Below the pieces are notes generated by a model. It was not told the DNA's origin and made no database searches. It was given only the letters and a program-made list of their open reading frames with translations. 64,000 nucleotides of DNA from Adineta vaga (Eukaryota; Animalia; Rotifera), in the NCBI GenBank assembly GCA_021613535.1, contig CP075496.1:7378001-7442000 (forward strand), given 5' to 3'. The position numbers and the translations under genes are program-made. Of this stretch, positions 21,371 through 34,374 are shown piece after piece (position 1 is the first letter of the stretch; every line of letters starts with the position of its first letter).

Positions 21371-22734
21371 TTATTTTGGTCGAAGTTGTCCATTAACACA
21401 TTGATACATGGTTTCTTTATAACATGCATGTGGATTAGAACCGCATGCTCTTTCACCTTTCAAACAAAGACGACCACCATCACACCAATACATATTAGAA
21501 TCAAAACCTTGTCCATTACAAACATTGCCTGTTGATGGTTGTGATGTAGTTGGATTAGGTCCACTAGTCGTTGGATTGCCCGACGGACAAAGAACAATTT
21601 CATAATTAGCCTTGTAACATTGATAAGTACCTTGACAAATAATTTTAATATAAAATCTAGAGAAAGCTCTGATTACTCACTAGCAAAATCATCGAATTGC
21701 CATGAATAAGCATCTGGACATTGTGATTTGAATACTTCATCATATCGTGTATTTTGAGTTGATCGTGGCCATTGTTCTACATAACATTTTCGACCAGGAG
21801 TGACATTATCATGTGGTGAAACCTTTCATTAGAATTAGAGAATTTGATGTATATTTCATTTTTGAATACAAAATATAATCTGTCAGTTTACTTACACAAT
21901 AGTTTCCATCGCATGAACAACAAACTAATGCACGTGTATCTGGATTATTGTAAATGTTTTGTAAATGACTGTGTTTAGCACGTTGTCCAGCATTATGAAT
22001 AGCAGCACAGATACTTGCACATACTTTATGACCAGTACCATCATCCATTTGTAATTCAGGTGGACATTTATTAGCATTAAATGTACATGTAGCCTGAAAT
22101 GAAGAAAATTCATCGACGTGTATAATATCATTGCTAATATACATACTGATCCACAATTATATTTTCCTAAAGATGGATTATTGACCATTGTAAATTGACC
22201 TGGGATAGGTTTGATTGTCATACCAATGGAATGACCATCGACATTGGATAGATCATAATAATCAGAACCACCCCAACCATCCAATGTAAATTCTGCAATA
22301 GTTGCTGGTGGTTGACCACCAATACCATTACATTGAACGCCGAAGCCATTGACTGGAGCTCCGCAATCACCTAAATCAAGATCTTATCCATGATTGTTAT
22401 CTGGATTTTAGATTAATTACTACCTGTAGCACATGTAAGTTTTCCATTGACCGATCGACATGCAGTACGTGGCCAAATTCGTCCACTCACCTAATCATTC
22501 TCTAATATCATATATCTATGAAATAGAGTAAAATCAACATACCCATCCATCTGGAACAGTAAGATCTTTAGATGAACGTGATTCCACTTCGAAACCACCA
22601 CCATAAATTAATGGTTGACCTTGTACACCAAACCATAATTTTTGATCACAGTTATTAGTGATACGAAATATACGTGCTGTGACTGTTGTCGAAACAGCAC
22701 ACACAAATATAATTGCTATCGATGCCAAACCCAT
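21371..22734 (-). CDS. Secreted thaumatin-like protein (GH152-like) with P/T linker and C-terminal CBM52-like module; 6 exons
   Basis: Signal peptide; 'ITNNC', 'SGRIWPRTAC', 'CATGDCG', 'PPATIAEFTL...DYYDLSNVDG', 'FKSQCPDAYSWQFDD', 'YEIVLCP'; C-terminal Cys-rich module at 21374-21520. Confidence 0.92.
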
Positions 22735-22786
22735 ATGAGGTATGTAAAAATAATAGTGTTGTTGTTATGCTGTTTTTCGAAACAGA

Positions 22787-22792
22787 TTTATA
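22787..22792 (-). promoter_or_regulatory. Candidate TATA box of the thaumatin-like gene
   Basis: TATAAA on the minus strand ~55 nt upstream of the ATG at 22734. The AT-rich background lowers specificity. Confidence 0.35.
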
Positions 22793-24420
22793 TGTAGTTC
22801 GTGATTAGATAATATTCTATCAAAAAAATTGCGACGGATGACTTGTGCTTTCTTTACATCGTAATTCCAGCTTCCAATCAATCAATAAAGGATTAAATTC
22901 GTTTTTTTCTCGTTTGAAAGATGAGAAAGTGAAAGATTGATCGATACACTCTGGAAATGGACTTTATCATACAAAGACACATCGATTCTTTATCTATAAA
23001 GTATATACTCTTTCAATAGTTTTAGTTGAATGCAATCCTGATCAGGTGGCAATATTAGAGCATTTTTAACAAAAAAAGAAGTCACGAGTGTCATACGGTT
23101 CGAGAAAATGTGGGGTGGGCAGGGTTACGACTCTAACAACACCCTATTGGAACACACTTGCGACAAGTAGTATGCACTTATTAATCGAAGAAATAATCCG
23201 AAATCAACTGTCACTGAAAATAACAAGAGATATTACGGCTTTTACTTATTGAATAGTATTCACTATATGGTATGCACACAATGATACTACTATTTACAGT
23301 CTATTAATTAATGACAAATTTCAAATAATCATTTTAGAGACGTTTATTTTTCGAATGTAGATGTGATCTGCTCTTGATTATATCAATTTGTTCTGTAATA
23401 GATTTACTATAGTAATGATAAATACATATATTAAAACGTATTCTATGTAACTTTTGTCAGAAAACCTAAAAGCGATTATATCGGTAATATCTCTCATTTA
23501 TTTATTCGTATGTGTAGCATTTCCAATTCGAAATGAAATATATCATTCGTATATATATACTTTATTGTTCAGTATTTATATTTGGTATGCATTGATTCTA
23601 GCGCCATCTATCTATTATTCATGCGAAATGTTTTAGTTTTAGTTTTTATTTTAATTAATAGATCTTTCAGATCGATATGTTAAAGACTTTTGACATATTT
23701 TTCTTTAATTAAGTTTGATAAAGGTATCTTTTCGTTTCCAATGGTTTCTTTTCTACCCATTTACTATTCCATATTTTACATCGAATGGATTCTAGATGTT
23801 TTCTCTAAATACGTCAAAAAACCAAAGTTCAGTCATATATTAGTAGTTGTCAGACATATTTCTACGGTTCTGATTGAGTAGTACTCATAGACAATGCAAT
23901 CTTTGAGATATTATAGATATGTACTACAAGCTTAGAACATGAGATTTTGAGAGAATATTCACCGCTCATGATGTTTCCAAGAAGAAAACATTCGTAGTTC
24001 GTAAGCAGTCACTTTCATCCTAGATAGGTTTTTATTTATATTTCAGGTTATCTGAACGATATAAATCTCGTCCTGCTGCTTTACAATCAAATGGTGAACA
24101 TTACTAATTTAACAGAATTTCCCTGATAAATAGATCTGTTTTTTGGGAAGAGAATATTCCATGCGAATCAAATAAATATAATTCTCTAATTGAATCGATT
24201 GCATTTCTCCAATGAGTACCCTCAATTAAAATGTTCACACATACATTGATTTATACAACTGTTCTATAGACAATTATCGTACTTGATCGTCTGTCCTTGG
24301 AAAGTCTGTTTTCGATATTTTTCTTCCAAAACATATCTGATAAATTAAGGATTTTATCTAGAGTACTTCTTTCGTCTGATATTATCGCAAATATATTCTT
24401 TTAGATCATCGTTTTATTTT

Positions 24421-26522
24421 ATGCCTAAACCAAGTCGATCCGCCTTTTATTTCTATGCTCTTGAATATCAACGTTGTTTTCATCGTAATAATGGTAATCG
24501 AATGAGTATTAATGATGCGATTGCTGCATGTTATGATGAATGGAAACTGTTATCCGATGAGGAAAAACAACCATATAAAATCTTATATGAAGAATGGCGT
24601 ATTCAATATCGCGTAGATCCGGAATCGACTACGAATGGTTATCAACGTAGTTCACAAACGAAAAAGGCTCTTAAACAAGAAATGAAAAATGAGAAAATTC
24701 TCAGTGAACGTGATATACCTTGTGAAGAATTAAAAATTCACTATGATCGATTTAGTTTAGAAAGAGATTATCTTGCATTTGAATACCTTCCATTAGATAT
24801 TAATGAATTATTATCTATGCCGATTTATATTATTAATTTTCAAGTTTTTTGTAAAGTTGATGAAGAAGACGGAACAATACGTGCCTGCTGAAATGTGTAT
24901 TCTTCGTGTAAGAAATAATATAGAATTCATCTATTTTATAATGTTATCTTCATTGAATCTCTTTTTTTCTTTCTTTAGTATACACTCGCTGAAGGTCCAA
25001 CAGTATTTCGGCAAACATTTATTAAACCAGATAAAATTCCACCGGGTTATATGTCAGCATGTTTAGAACATTTAAAATCCACTCATGAAATTCCATTGAA
25101 AGATTTTGCTGAAGCAACAGATAATTATAAACTGATATATCAACAATTAAAATCCATATTAATGCCAACAACAATTAATAAAACAACGAATGTTGTTGAT
25201 GATGATCGAACTCGTCGTCGATATTTACGATCAACTCAACCATGTGTCTTTTTTCCAGCTGTTGAATATGAACAAACACGTCGATTATTCGATTGGTTAC
25301 AAGAAAAAGCAGAAGGTTAAATCACAAATGTTTAAATAAATTTTTATTTCTCTTCTTCGTTTCGTTCACAGGAGTCAAACCCACTAAAGATACGCGCCTA
25401 GTTGGCTTAGCAAGTATTGAATCATTAATAATGCTCTTAGTTGAATTAAAAAAACAACGAGTTTCACGTGATGATATTCATAAAACTTTTGAAAATGCTG
25501 CTTACTCCTTTATGATCGAAGAACGTTGTAATTATCATACTAAATTAGGTATTAGTCATTGTTCAGTTGCACGATGTTATGCATCAGCCAAACTTATATC
25601 TGCATATTTAAATCAATTGTATGTACCAGAAAGACCAGCATCAATCATGATGACAGGCAAACAACCACAAAGTTCAGCTATGATCAATTCAGATACATCA
25701 TCGATTGTTTCAATTAATAGTCTGTCAAACCGATTACAACAACCAGCAATAGTTAGGTAAAAGATTCATTTGTTTGAGACACGACAGAGAATACTGCTGG
25801 GTTCGATTTATTCAATCAGTTTTATTTTGATAAACCCTCTAGCAATACTAACAGGCATTTTCTTGAATAATTAATTTACAATTCACTATTGCGCGGAATT
25901 AAGACGCACTGGAAAAGCAACTGAGAACTCATGAATCCTGTTTATCAATTTTATTTTCCTAAATCATAAACTTATCATATAAATGTTTAGACCTTCGATG
26001 GCATCTCAAATACTTTCAAGTCAATATTCTACAACTGGTACAAGTGATTCTATCGCTTCATCCTATCGTCCACCTGAACCAAAGAAAGTTCAACCTCAAA
26101 CACGACCGGTATTCATTCAATCAGCTAATCGATCATCTTCAACAAAATACCCATATCAATCTCAACAACAACAAGAATCTGATCAACAAGATATCCATGT
26201 CTCTGATGAACTGATTCATCACCCAACAATTATTAAATTACAGCAGCAAAATTTTCATCGTTTGATATCTAGTGCTGGATCGACAACTTCTTCTTCATCT
26301 GTTGCTAAACAACAACAACAACAACAACAACAGGTCCTTGATCTTAATTCAACAAGAGATGATCAATCAACATATTTTAGTTCGACTGCAGCAATGAATG
26401 ATCGTTCACAACCAATCAAACCAATGTCTGATAATCAACGAACTGTTTTACATCAACGTAAACAAGCTCTTATGAAAGCTATTCAAAGTATTAATAAACA
26501 AATGGAAGAATTAGATATGTAA
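24421..26522 (+). CDS. mael: Maelstrom (HMG box + MAEL domain, piRNA pathway); apparent frameshift at ~24872
   Basis: HMG box MPKPSRSAFYFYA...W...EKQPY; MAEL motifs IYIINFQVFCK, YVPAEMCI, YTLAEG, FIKPDKIPPGY, STHEIP and ERCNYH...HCS. Exons approx. 24421-24907, 24979-25315, 25372-25755, 25991-26522. Confidence 0.9.
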
Positions 26523-26731
26523 TAATACAAAAAAAAATATCTAGTCAGATAGATTTTGTTTTCGCTTATTTTTTGTTTCTTTTGTTGTTATTTTGAACAT
26601 ATCTATTTCTGTATGTGTTCTTTTTCTCTTTCGTATATGAATCAGTAAGTCTTTCGTTAGATATCTAGATAGTAAAGTTCAAGTCAATTATGAATAAAAG
26701 AGTATATAATGGTGTTTTTGTTTTCTTTTAG

Positions 26732-27426
26732 ATGGCTTTTCTATTACGTTCAACACTTATTCAATCATTAACAAAAGCATCGCGACCTATGTGGATGGCA
26801 GCGATGACATCAACAGGACGTCGAAATATGTCGTCACATAAGAAAGAAACTGATGAAGAATTCGATGAACGGTGGAAAGCTTATTTTGATCGACCAAATA
26901 TTGATGGTATGTTACTGAATGAGTTTGATTTAATTTCGAAATCTCTTGTTAGATTAGTGAATTAATCTGTGGGAGTAAAAGAAGATGAGTGCTATTCATA
27001 GGAAATTAAATAACCTTCTGGTCGGATATTTGTTAGAAAGTTATAGATACATCGATGAAGAACACTTTGTAATGATTAATTAATTAATCTTCAACATCTA
27101 CAGTAGTACAAATAGAAAGAATTTGATTTATATTTTTAGGTTGGGATATTCGTCAAGGTATAAATCATATGAATCGTCTCGATTTAATTCCTGAACCAGA
27201 AATCATATCTGCTTGTCTTCAAGCATGTCGTCGTGTCAATGATCATTCATTAGCTGTTCGTTATTTGGAAACAATTCGCTACAAATCCAATGCAGTTTCC
27301 CAACAAGTTTGGCCATGGATTCTTCAAGAAATTCGTCCAACATTAGATAAATTGGGCGTATCAACACCAGAAGATTTAGGTTACGATAAACCAGAATTAG
27401 CTTTGAAATCTGTTGATGATATGTAG
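26732..27426 (+). CDS. COX5A: Cytochrome c oxidase subunit 5A, mitochondrial; 2 exons
   Basis: Presequence, then [27 protein letters not shown]...DLIPEPEII...ACRRVND...AVRYLE...GVSTPEDLGYDKPEL. Confidence 0.96.
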
Positions 27427-27616
27427 ACAATACATCAAATAATGGACTATATTGCTCTCTTTTTTTCCGTATAGTTTACGATTATTGGTTGTACCTTTCT
27501 TCTTTCTCCTTATCAAACAAAAAAACATACACTGTATCCTGTCCTGATTCTTTAAAAAATAAAATTTAGATTAAAAAAAAACGATATTATTCATTCTCTC
27601 TTTCTCTCTAGATATT

Positions 27617-29005
27617 ATGCCTTGGTCATATGCAACTCAAATGATTTCAAGATTGATCTTACCATTTCAACGGATTATAATGTATTTTTTAACTGGAAAA
27701 TCTGAACTTGAACGAATTATTGCTAATCGTTCCTTACCATTTCCATCACGCGTTTATCAAATTGAACATTCCATTAATTTTACATCATCAAAATCTCTTG
27801 ATTCGGAAATTGAACAAGCAAAACTTGATCAGAAAAAATCTTTAGTACATGATCAATTGTATGTTGTCATACATAAATTAGAATTATATCAAAAATTAAT
27901 GAAACAAATTGAAGAAATAAGATTAACAAAAGTCACATCCACTGATGAAAAACATATTGAATTATTTGAAAAAATATGGACACGTTTAATTACTCAGAAC
28001 GATGATGATCATGAAGAAATGAAAATGTTTACTAAACGTTGGACTAAAATTGGTTTTCAGGTATGATAAAAATCAAGAATTGAATTTAAAAAACTATCTG
28101 CTTTTTCTTCTATATAGAGTGCAAATCCATTGACTGATTTTCGAGGTAATTGTTCATTGAAAGACAATACTAATCAAGATAACAAAGAAAATGTCAAATA
28201 TTGTATTGAATGAATATTAGAGTAAAGCACAACTAGTTTCTTTTTTTGGAAAAACAAAGCATCCTTTTTCTAAATGAAGAATTTGACATTCAAAATCCGA
28301 CGAGTGCCGAAAAAACACATGCTCTGAAGAAATTCATAATGCTGATAGATATACATAGCAAAATTACTGTCTTTTCTATTGCTTTCCAATCTATATACAT
28401 AGATAGTTTGAAGAAACTTTATAAATACGATTTGCTTCTAGAGAAATCAATATTTCAATTCCATTGAAAAGCGTCTCGGTAATACAAAATCTTGTAGCTT
28501 CATAGAATAACAGCAGTAGTCTTACTTACTAGTACACTCTCTACATCTATGATAGATTTCATTTGTCACTATATATAACTTATACAAAATCTATGATTAT
28601 GTCGTAGGTATGGGTTTACTTGGTCTTCAATGTATAGAATATTTATCACGTGATCGAACAGCTTGTCTAACATATGTGAATATTCCGCCACCGAATGATT
28701 ATTCTTTTGCAATCGGTGTTATCAATGTTATTTCATGGCTTGTTTATTTACTTGAAACTGATCCGTCCATGAAAGTCAATTCTCATCCATTATTAACACA
28801 TTTTTCTATTTATCCATGTAATTTAGACGAATTTTTTCGACTGTTTTTACTTATTTTTCAAGAATGGCACGAATTTTGGACAGATCAAGAGGCAAATATA
28901 ATGCAATTTGAACAATTATCCAAACGTTTTCGAGCTCAATTACTTGTGGAATGTCAACAATGGCGACCTATTCAACGAGGTTTTTCGAAAAGAGTTTCTA
29001 AATAA
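27617..29005 (+). CDS. ELMOD: ELMO-domain protein (ELMOD family Arf/Arl GAP)
   Basis: Spliced WTKIGFQ|SANPLTDFR|GMGLLGL (28-nt microexon 28118-28145 carries the GAP Arg), YSFAIGVIN, EFW...IMQF. Confidence 0.88.
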
Positions 29006-29409
29006 TTTTAGTCAATTATTTTCAAGTGACAAAAAATTGAACAGTAAAGTTCATTTTATTTCCATTCTTTCTTTCTTTATTTTTTTTTCATTGTTTTTCA
29101 AATCCGATAAAAAAAACGCAATATCTTCGATATGAGTTTAGTAAATTGTTTTCTTTCTTAAAACTTTTTCACGTTACTAAGAAATTTTACTAGATTTACG
29201 ATCTGACTCATAGATACTGACAAAAAAATTACACCATCAGTGTTTTACGTTTCTTCTTTGGTTTTTTTTCTTTTCTTCCGAACAGTCATCCTTGTTGATT
29301 CATAAAAAAAAATCATCAAAAGCAAAAACAAATATAAACACGATTGTTGCACAAGAAAACGCACACACACACACACATTCTCTTCTCATCCTGCTTTCAA
29401 AAAGATTTC

Positions 29410-31545
29410 ATGTCATCATTTACGATTGAAAATATTTTTGGTATTGGATCCTTTCGTTTATGTTCGGGTTTTCCATCATCTATTAAAACAACAAACGAAT
29501 CAAATGAACATATTTATGAATGTGCATTAAATGGTTGTATTCAAATCTATAATTATTCAACAAATGAACGTTTACATTTTGAACATGTTTATGATGATAT
29601 TATTGTTGTTATGCTTTATAATGAATATATCAATGAAATTTTAACATGTTCATATTCGGGTAGAATTATACTATGGTCAAAAGATTATCAAAAACGTTTT
29701 GTCGAACAACAAACACGAATTAATCATGTACATTATGGTTGTTGGAGTAGAGATGGTTCAACAATTTATCTTTGTTCAAGATTTGATGGTACATTTCATT
29801 TTGTTTTGTTTTTCGTCTTCTTTAAAGATCTTCTTTTCTAATTAGGCACTCTTCTGTCACTTTCCTATGATTCTAATCATCATTCATTAACTGAAAACTG
29901 GTTACGACATTGGGCAACGCCAAGAATAGGTGTTGAAAATGTTCATCCACCACCTGAAGAATCAATTTCTTCAGTAAATATAGCAGAAAAAATTGAAACA
30001 TCAAACACTTATGTAGCTGGTTCGATTGGTTATGAATTTGTTATATGTACAAATTTACGTGGACATCTATTTGCAGTACTTCAACGACCGCATGAACATG
30101 TACATATTCATGAATTAAATCTACGTGATGGCCATTTAACTATTGATCTAAAACTAAAAGATGCAAAACTGAATCAAACATTTCTATGTGCTACAGCAAC
30201 AGCATTTTATGATAAATCTAATAGTAAAGAATATTTTGCTGTTGGACTTCAATCAGGTTTAATTTTTATTATTGATACAAATCCGTTACAAGTTCATTCA
30301 ATAATAAATGGTAAGAATCTTCTTTCTTATTGATAAAATCTCATGAAAACACCTGTCTTTCGAATAGCTGCTGGTAGTCCACAAGCAATTATTTGGTGGC
30401 ATTCCTCTTTATTGACGTTTGGTTATATCTCTACGACAGTTAATGTCTATTCATTAGATGGTACATTAATTGCGTCAGGTAAAGATGCACCAGCAACAGC
30501 TATCTGTCATTTACAATGGAATTCTGACGAACAAGATCTATTATGGATTGGTGGTTATATGGGCTTGACATTGATACGTTTAGAATTATTTCAACAACGT
30601 TCACCGTCACCAGTTGAAACAGTTATGTTTACAATATTGAATTCAATTGTCGATGAAACGTATTCATCATCTGCAACACTTTATTTAACAACATTGATAC
30701 ATAAGAGATTACATGAAACAGCTGGTTGTGGTTTGTATGTGGATAATGATGAGATATTATCAGGCGATTTATCAGGAAATATATTTCGTTGGAATGTAAA
30801 TGATACGAAACCAATAGAACATATTAATATTCCTGATAGTATTCGATGTTTTGTATCGAAAAATCTTGTTGGAACATTATCCGGTAGTCTTTATAATCTT
30901 GATAATCAAGAAATAGTTGAAGATTTTTCTACAGCAATTATATGTTCAGCATGGAATAATGATCAAACATCATGTTTAATCGGTCTCGGCGATGGTTCAT
31001 TGATAAATTTACAAACAAAACGAATCATTGGTTTACATGAAAATAATGCCGAAATTTGGGGTGTTTGTTGGAGTCCAAATGAAGAATTATGTGCAACAGC
31101 TTCTGAAGATCAAACAACGTGTATATGGCAAGTTGATTATGAACGAAAATTAATCGCTACACTTACAGGACATACAACAGCAGTAACAGCTGTTCAATGG
31201 AAATATGAACGAATTTATACTTGTGCTGATGATAGAACAGTACGAGTCTATAGTACAGAATCGAATACATATAATTGTCTTTATGTTCTTCGTACACCAC
31301 AATCATTATTTGGATGGTTTACATTGACATATCTGAAAGTGGATGAAGAACAAAAATTAATTATTAGTACAACACAAAATGGTTACTTAGTAATATGGCG
31401 TGATGAAGAAAATGATCGTCCTATTTTATGTCAGAAAATTCATTTTGGAAGTTTAGAAGGTTTATCATATGATCCGAAAACATATCGTATTGTAACTACT
31501 AGTAGTGATTGTACAGTGACAGCACTTCGTTTACATCTTCATTAA
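29410..31545 (+). CDS. WD40-repeat protein; 3 exons
   Basis: EIWGVCWSP..CATASEDQTTCIW, LTGHTTAVTAVQW, TCADDRTVRVY, TTSSDCTV; the middle exon (~29846-30310) is open and in phase. Confidence 0.85.
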
Positions 31546-31602
31546 CTTCTTTTCTTTCTATCGATTTGTTTGTTTTTGTTTCTCAATCATGAAAACGATA
31601 AA

Positions 31603-31626
31603 TCTTCTTCTTCTTCTTCTTCTTCT
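31603..31626. repeat. (TCT)n microsatellite forming a polypyrimidine tract upstream of DCN1
   Basis: Direct read; followed by ACTTCAG. Confidence 0.8.
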
Positions 31627-31664
31627 ACTTCAGATAGAAAAAAGAACTTCACTAGAAGAACAAA

Positions 31665-33598
31665 ATGTCTGGACGGAACAAAACTACAGATCGTGAGAAA
31701 AACGAAAAAATCCGTCAACTACGAGAAGTCATGGGTGTTACAGAACAACAAGCACGACAAGCACTACAATCCAATGATTGGGTTGTTGAACGTGCGATAG
31801 GTGCTTTTTGTGAGGAAACATCTTCATCTGGCGGTAGTTTTCATCATCCATCATATCATAGTCAAACATCATCATCATCATCATCATCGACAAAATTTGA
31901 TCGTAAAAAGATCGATCAACTATGGGCTAATTATACAGACTCACGTGATACAACTAAAATGAATTTAGACCAATTATTACATTTTATAAACGATTTACAA
32001 TTTGATCCAAGTGAAAGAGAAATTCTTATTCTTTGTTGGAAAATGAATGCATCCAAACAAGGAGAATTACAACGGGCTGAATTTGCCAATGGTTGTCAAG
32101 AATTGCAATGTGATACATTAGAAAAATTACGAGATAGACTAAAACAACTTAATAAAGATGTGGAAAATGACAATGAAAAATTTAAACAATTATATGGTTA
32201 TACATTTAATTTTGCACGTTCATCGACATCAATGAAAAACCTCGATGTACAACCAGGTATGAAAATTCACATGCTCTATACAATTAACCTAATTGTCAAT
32301 TCAGACAGAGAATAAGTCTGACAGTCTTCAAAAGTGCATAGTAAAAAAAAAAGAGAAAAGGAAATCATTTTCTTTAGACATGTTTGCAGATGTTCCTTTT
32401 GACATGACCGATATTTAAAATGTTCTCATATTTAACTTAAAATCAATCAAACTAGAAAAGATAGTAGTCACTGATAGCACATCAAACAAACAAATAATGT
32501 TTTGCATTTTTTTCTGTTCATTGTGATAAATGTATATAGACAATTCTATTTAAGAAAAAAACTTCCGATCTATGGAATAATAATGATTGTTTTCAAACAT
32601 TAAATGCTTCGTTGAATGATGTCGCGTTCTTCTTGAATGAATTTTAGATTTTTTCAGCGATATCATAGCACTCGCGGGAATAAAACTAATCTGAAACACG
32701 TTTAATATATATATATATATATATGAATTCCCTGTGTGACAATGATTTCTCGATGAATGACTCAGTATTTGTCAGGATTTTTTTCTTTTCCAATGATTTA
32801 ATTATCTTTCAAAGTTGAAAAAGATGCACTTTCTGATATTATTTTAGCCCATTTCTAAATTTGAAAAAAAAATATATGTAATGTTTATGAGTTACTATAT
32901 TCACGGAGATAATTGATTACAATGTTAGATTGGTTAAAAGAAGTCATATACGTTGTTAACCTACATATTTATCGAAGTGTAACCTTGTACTTTACTTTAA
33001 AAGTTTAAGACACAGTTCTACTGAATGATCTTGGTAATATCTTAATTAATAATTTTAATCGAAATTGTTATAAATTAACTAACGCATTCATAAGATTTGT
33101 TCTTTTTTGTAATGATAATTTATAATTAGTTTTTTTTCTGAAGCTATTATTACACTGCTGATAGACAAAAATAAAACTAGTAAAAATAAATATAAATATC
33201 ATTTTATATATAGTCACATTTTCCTGTCTTTCTACAAGAATTTTCAACTTAGAAGATTTTTATTTAGCTGTGGCCTATTGGAAAATGTTATTCAGTGGAA
33301 ATAATAAACAATCACAAAGATTTAAATTACTTGATTTATGGCTGAAATTTCTTGAAGATCGTTCGAACCAACGATCAATTACAAAAGACACATGGGATTT
33401 GTTGCTTGATTTTTCCACAACAATAAAGCCTGATTTTTCAAATTATGATCATGATGGTGCTTGGCCAACGTAAGTTCATAGAAGAGAAAAACGATACATG
33501 TGTTCTAATCGATTTCTCTCTATTATTTTAGGTTAATCGATGATTTTGTTGAATACGCTAAAACAGCCCAAACTCAGTCGTCTTCTTTCAATGTTTAA
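31665..33598 (+). CDS. DCUN1D: DCN1-like neddylation co-E3 (UBA-like + PONY domain); 3 exons
   Basis: UBA-like '[19 protein letters not shown]', '[12 protein letters not shown]', 'AVAYWKMLF', '[12 protein letters not shown]', '[14 protein letters not shown]'. Confidence 0.93.
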
Positions 33599-34374
33599 TT
33601 TTCTATTTTAAATAAAACAAAGAAAAAAACCTAAACCAGTGCTTTCCTCATAGCTACTTTTCTACAAAGATTCATCATTGATTCTTTGTTATTCAACCTC
33701 TTTTTTTTCTTTTCTTTTTTGTCTACTAAATCTTCTGTTGGCTAAAACTAAACTTTTTCTTGTTCAACAGTTGATACGTATATATGTAATTTTTTATACT
33801 CAAGATGGAAGAATAACAAAACACATTCAAGTCGCTTGTATTTCGATTACTTTTACAGAAACTATATTTTAGATATTTTTAATGCATGTACGTCATTAAA
33901 CAGTTGTATTACTTCCAAGGAAATTGTTTGCAGAAAAGCGTATGTTGTTCAAATAATTGCTGTGTGTATGTTTGAGAGTACCAATGATAATTTCCTCTTG
34001 TTGTGCTTTTACGTCTTAGGAAAATAGGAAATCCTTTTTCTTTTTCTTTTCTAAACAAAATGGAACGTTTAATGATCATTGTTTGTGTAGATAAAATCGC
34101 CAATTTTATTGTATTTTTTTTGTGAAAAAAAATGATAGACAATCACTTAGGCAGTAGAGAAAGCGATGATAAACAATGAAATAAAGAAACAGGGAAACAA
34201 GTATATGATGTTTGCAGAAAAAATTGTTATTTCTGGAGTAACATTGATCGTCATTGGACTGAGAACAAGCTCGTCTACATATAAGAAAAAAAAAGGCATC
34301 TAATAAGAAAAGTTATGTTAGAATAGAGATGAAAACAAAAAAGATTTAATTTGGAAATAGAAACACGTACACAA

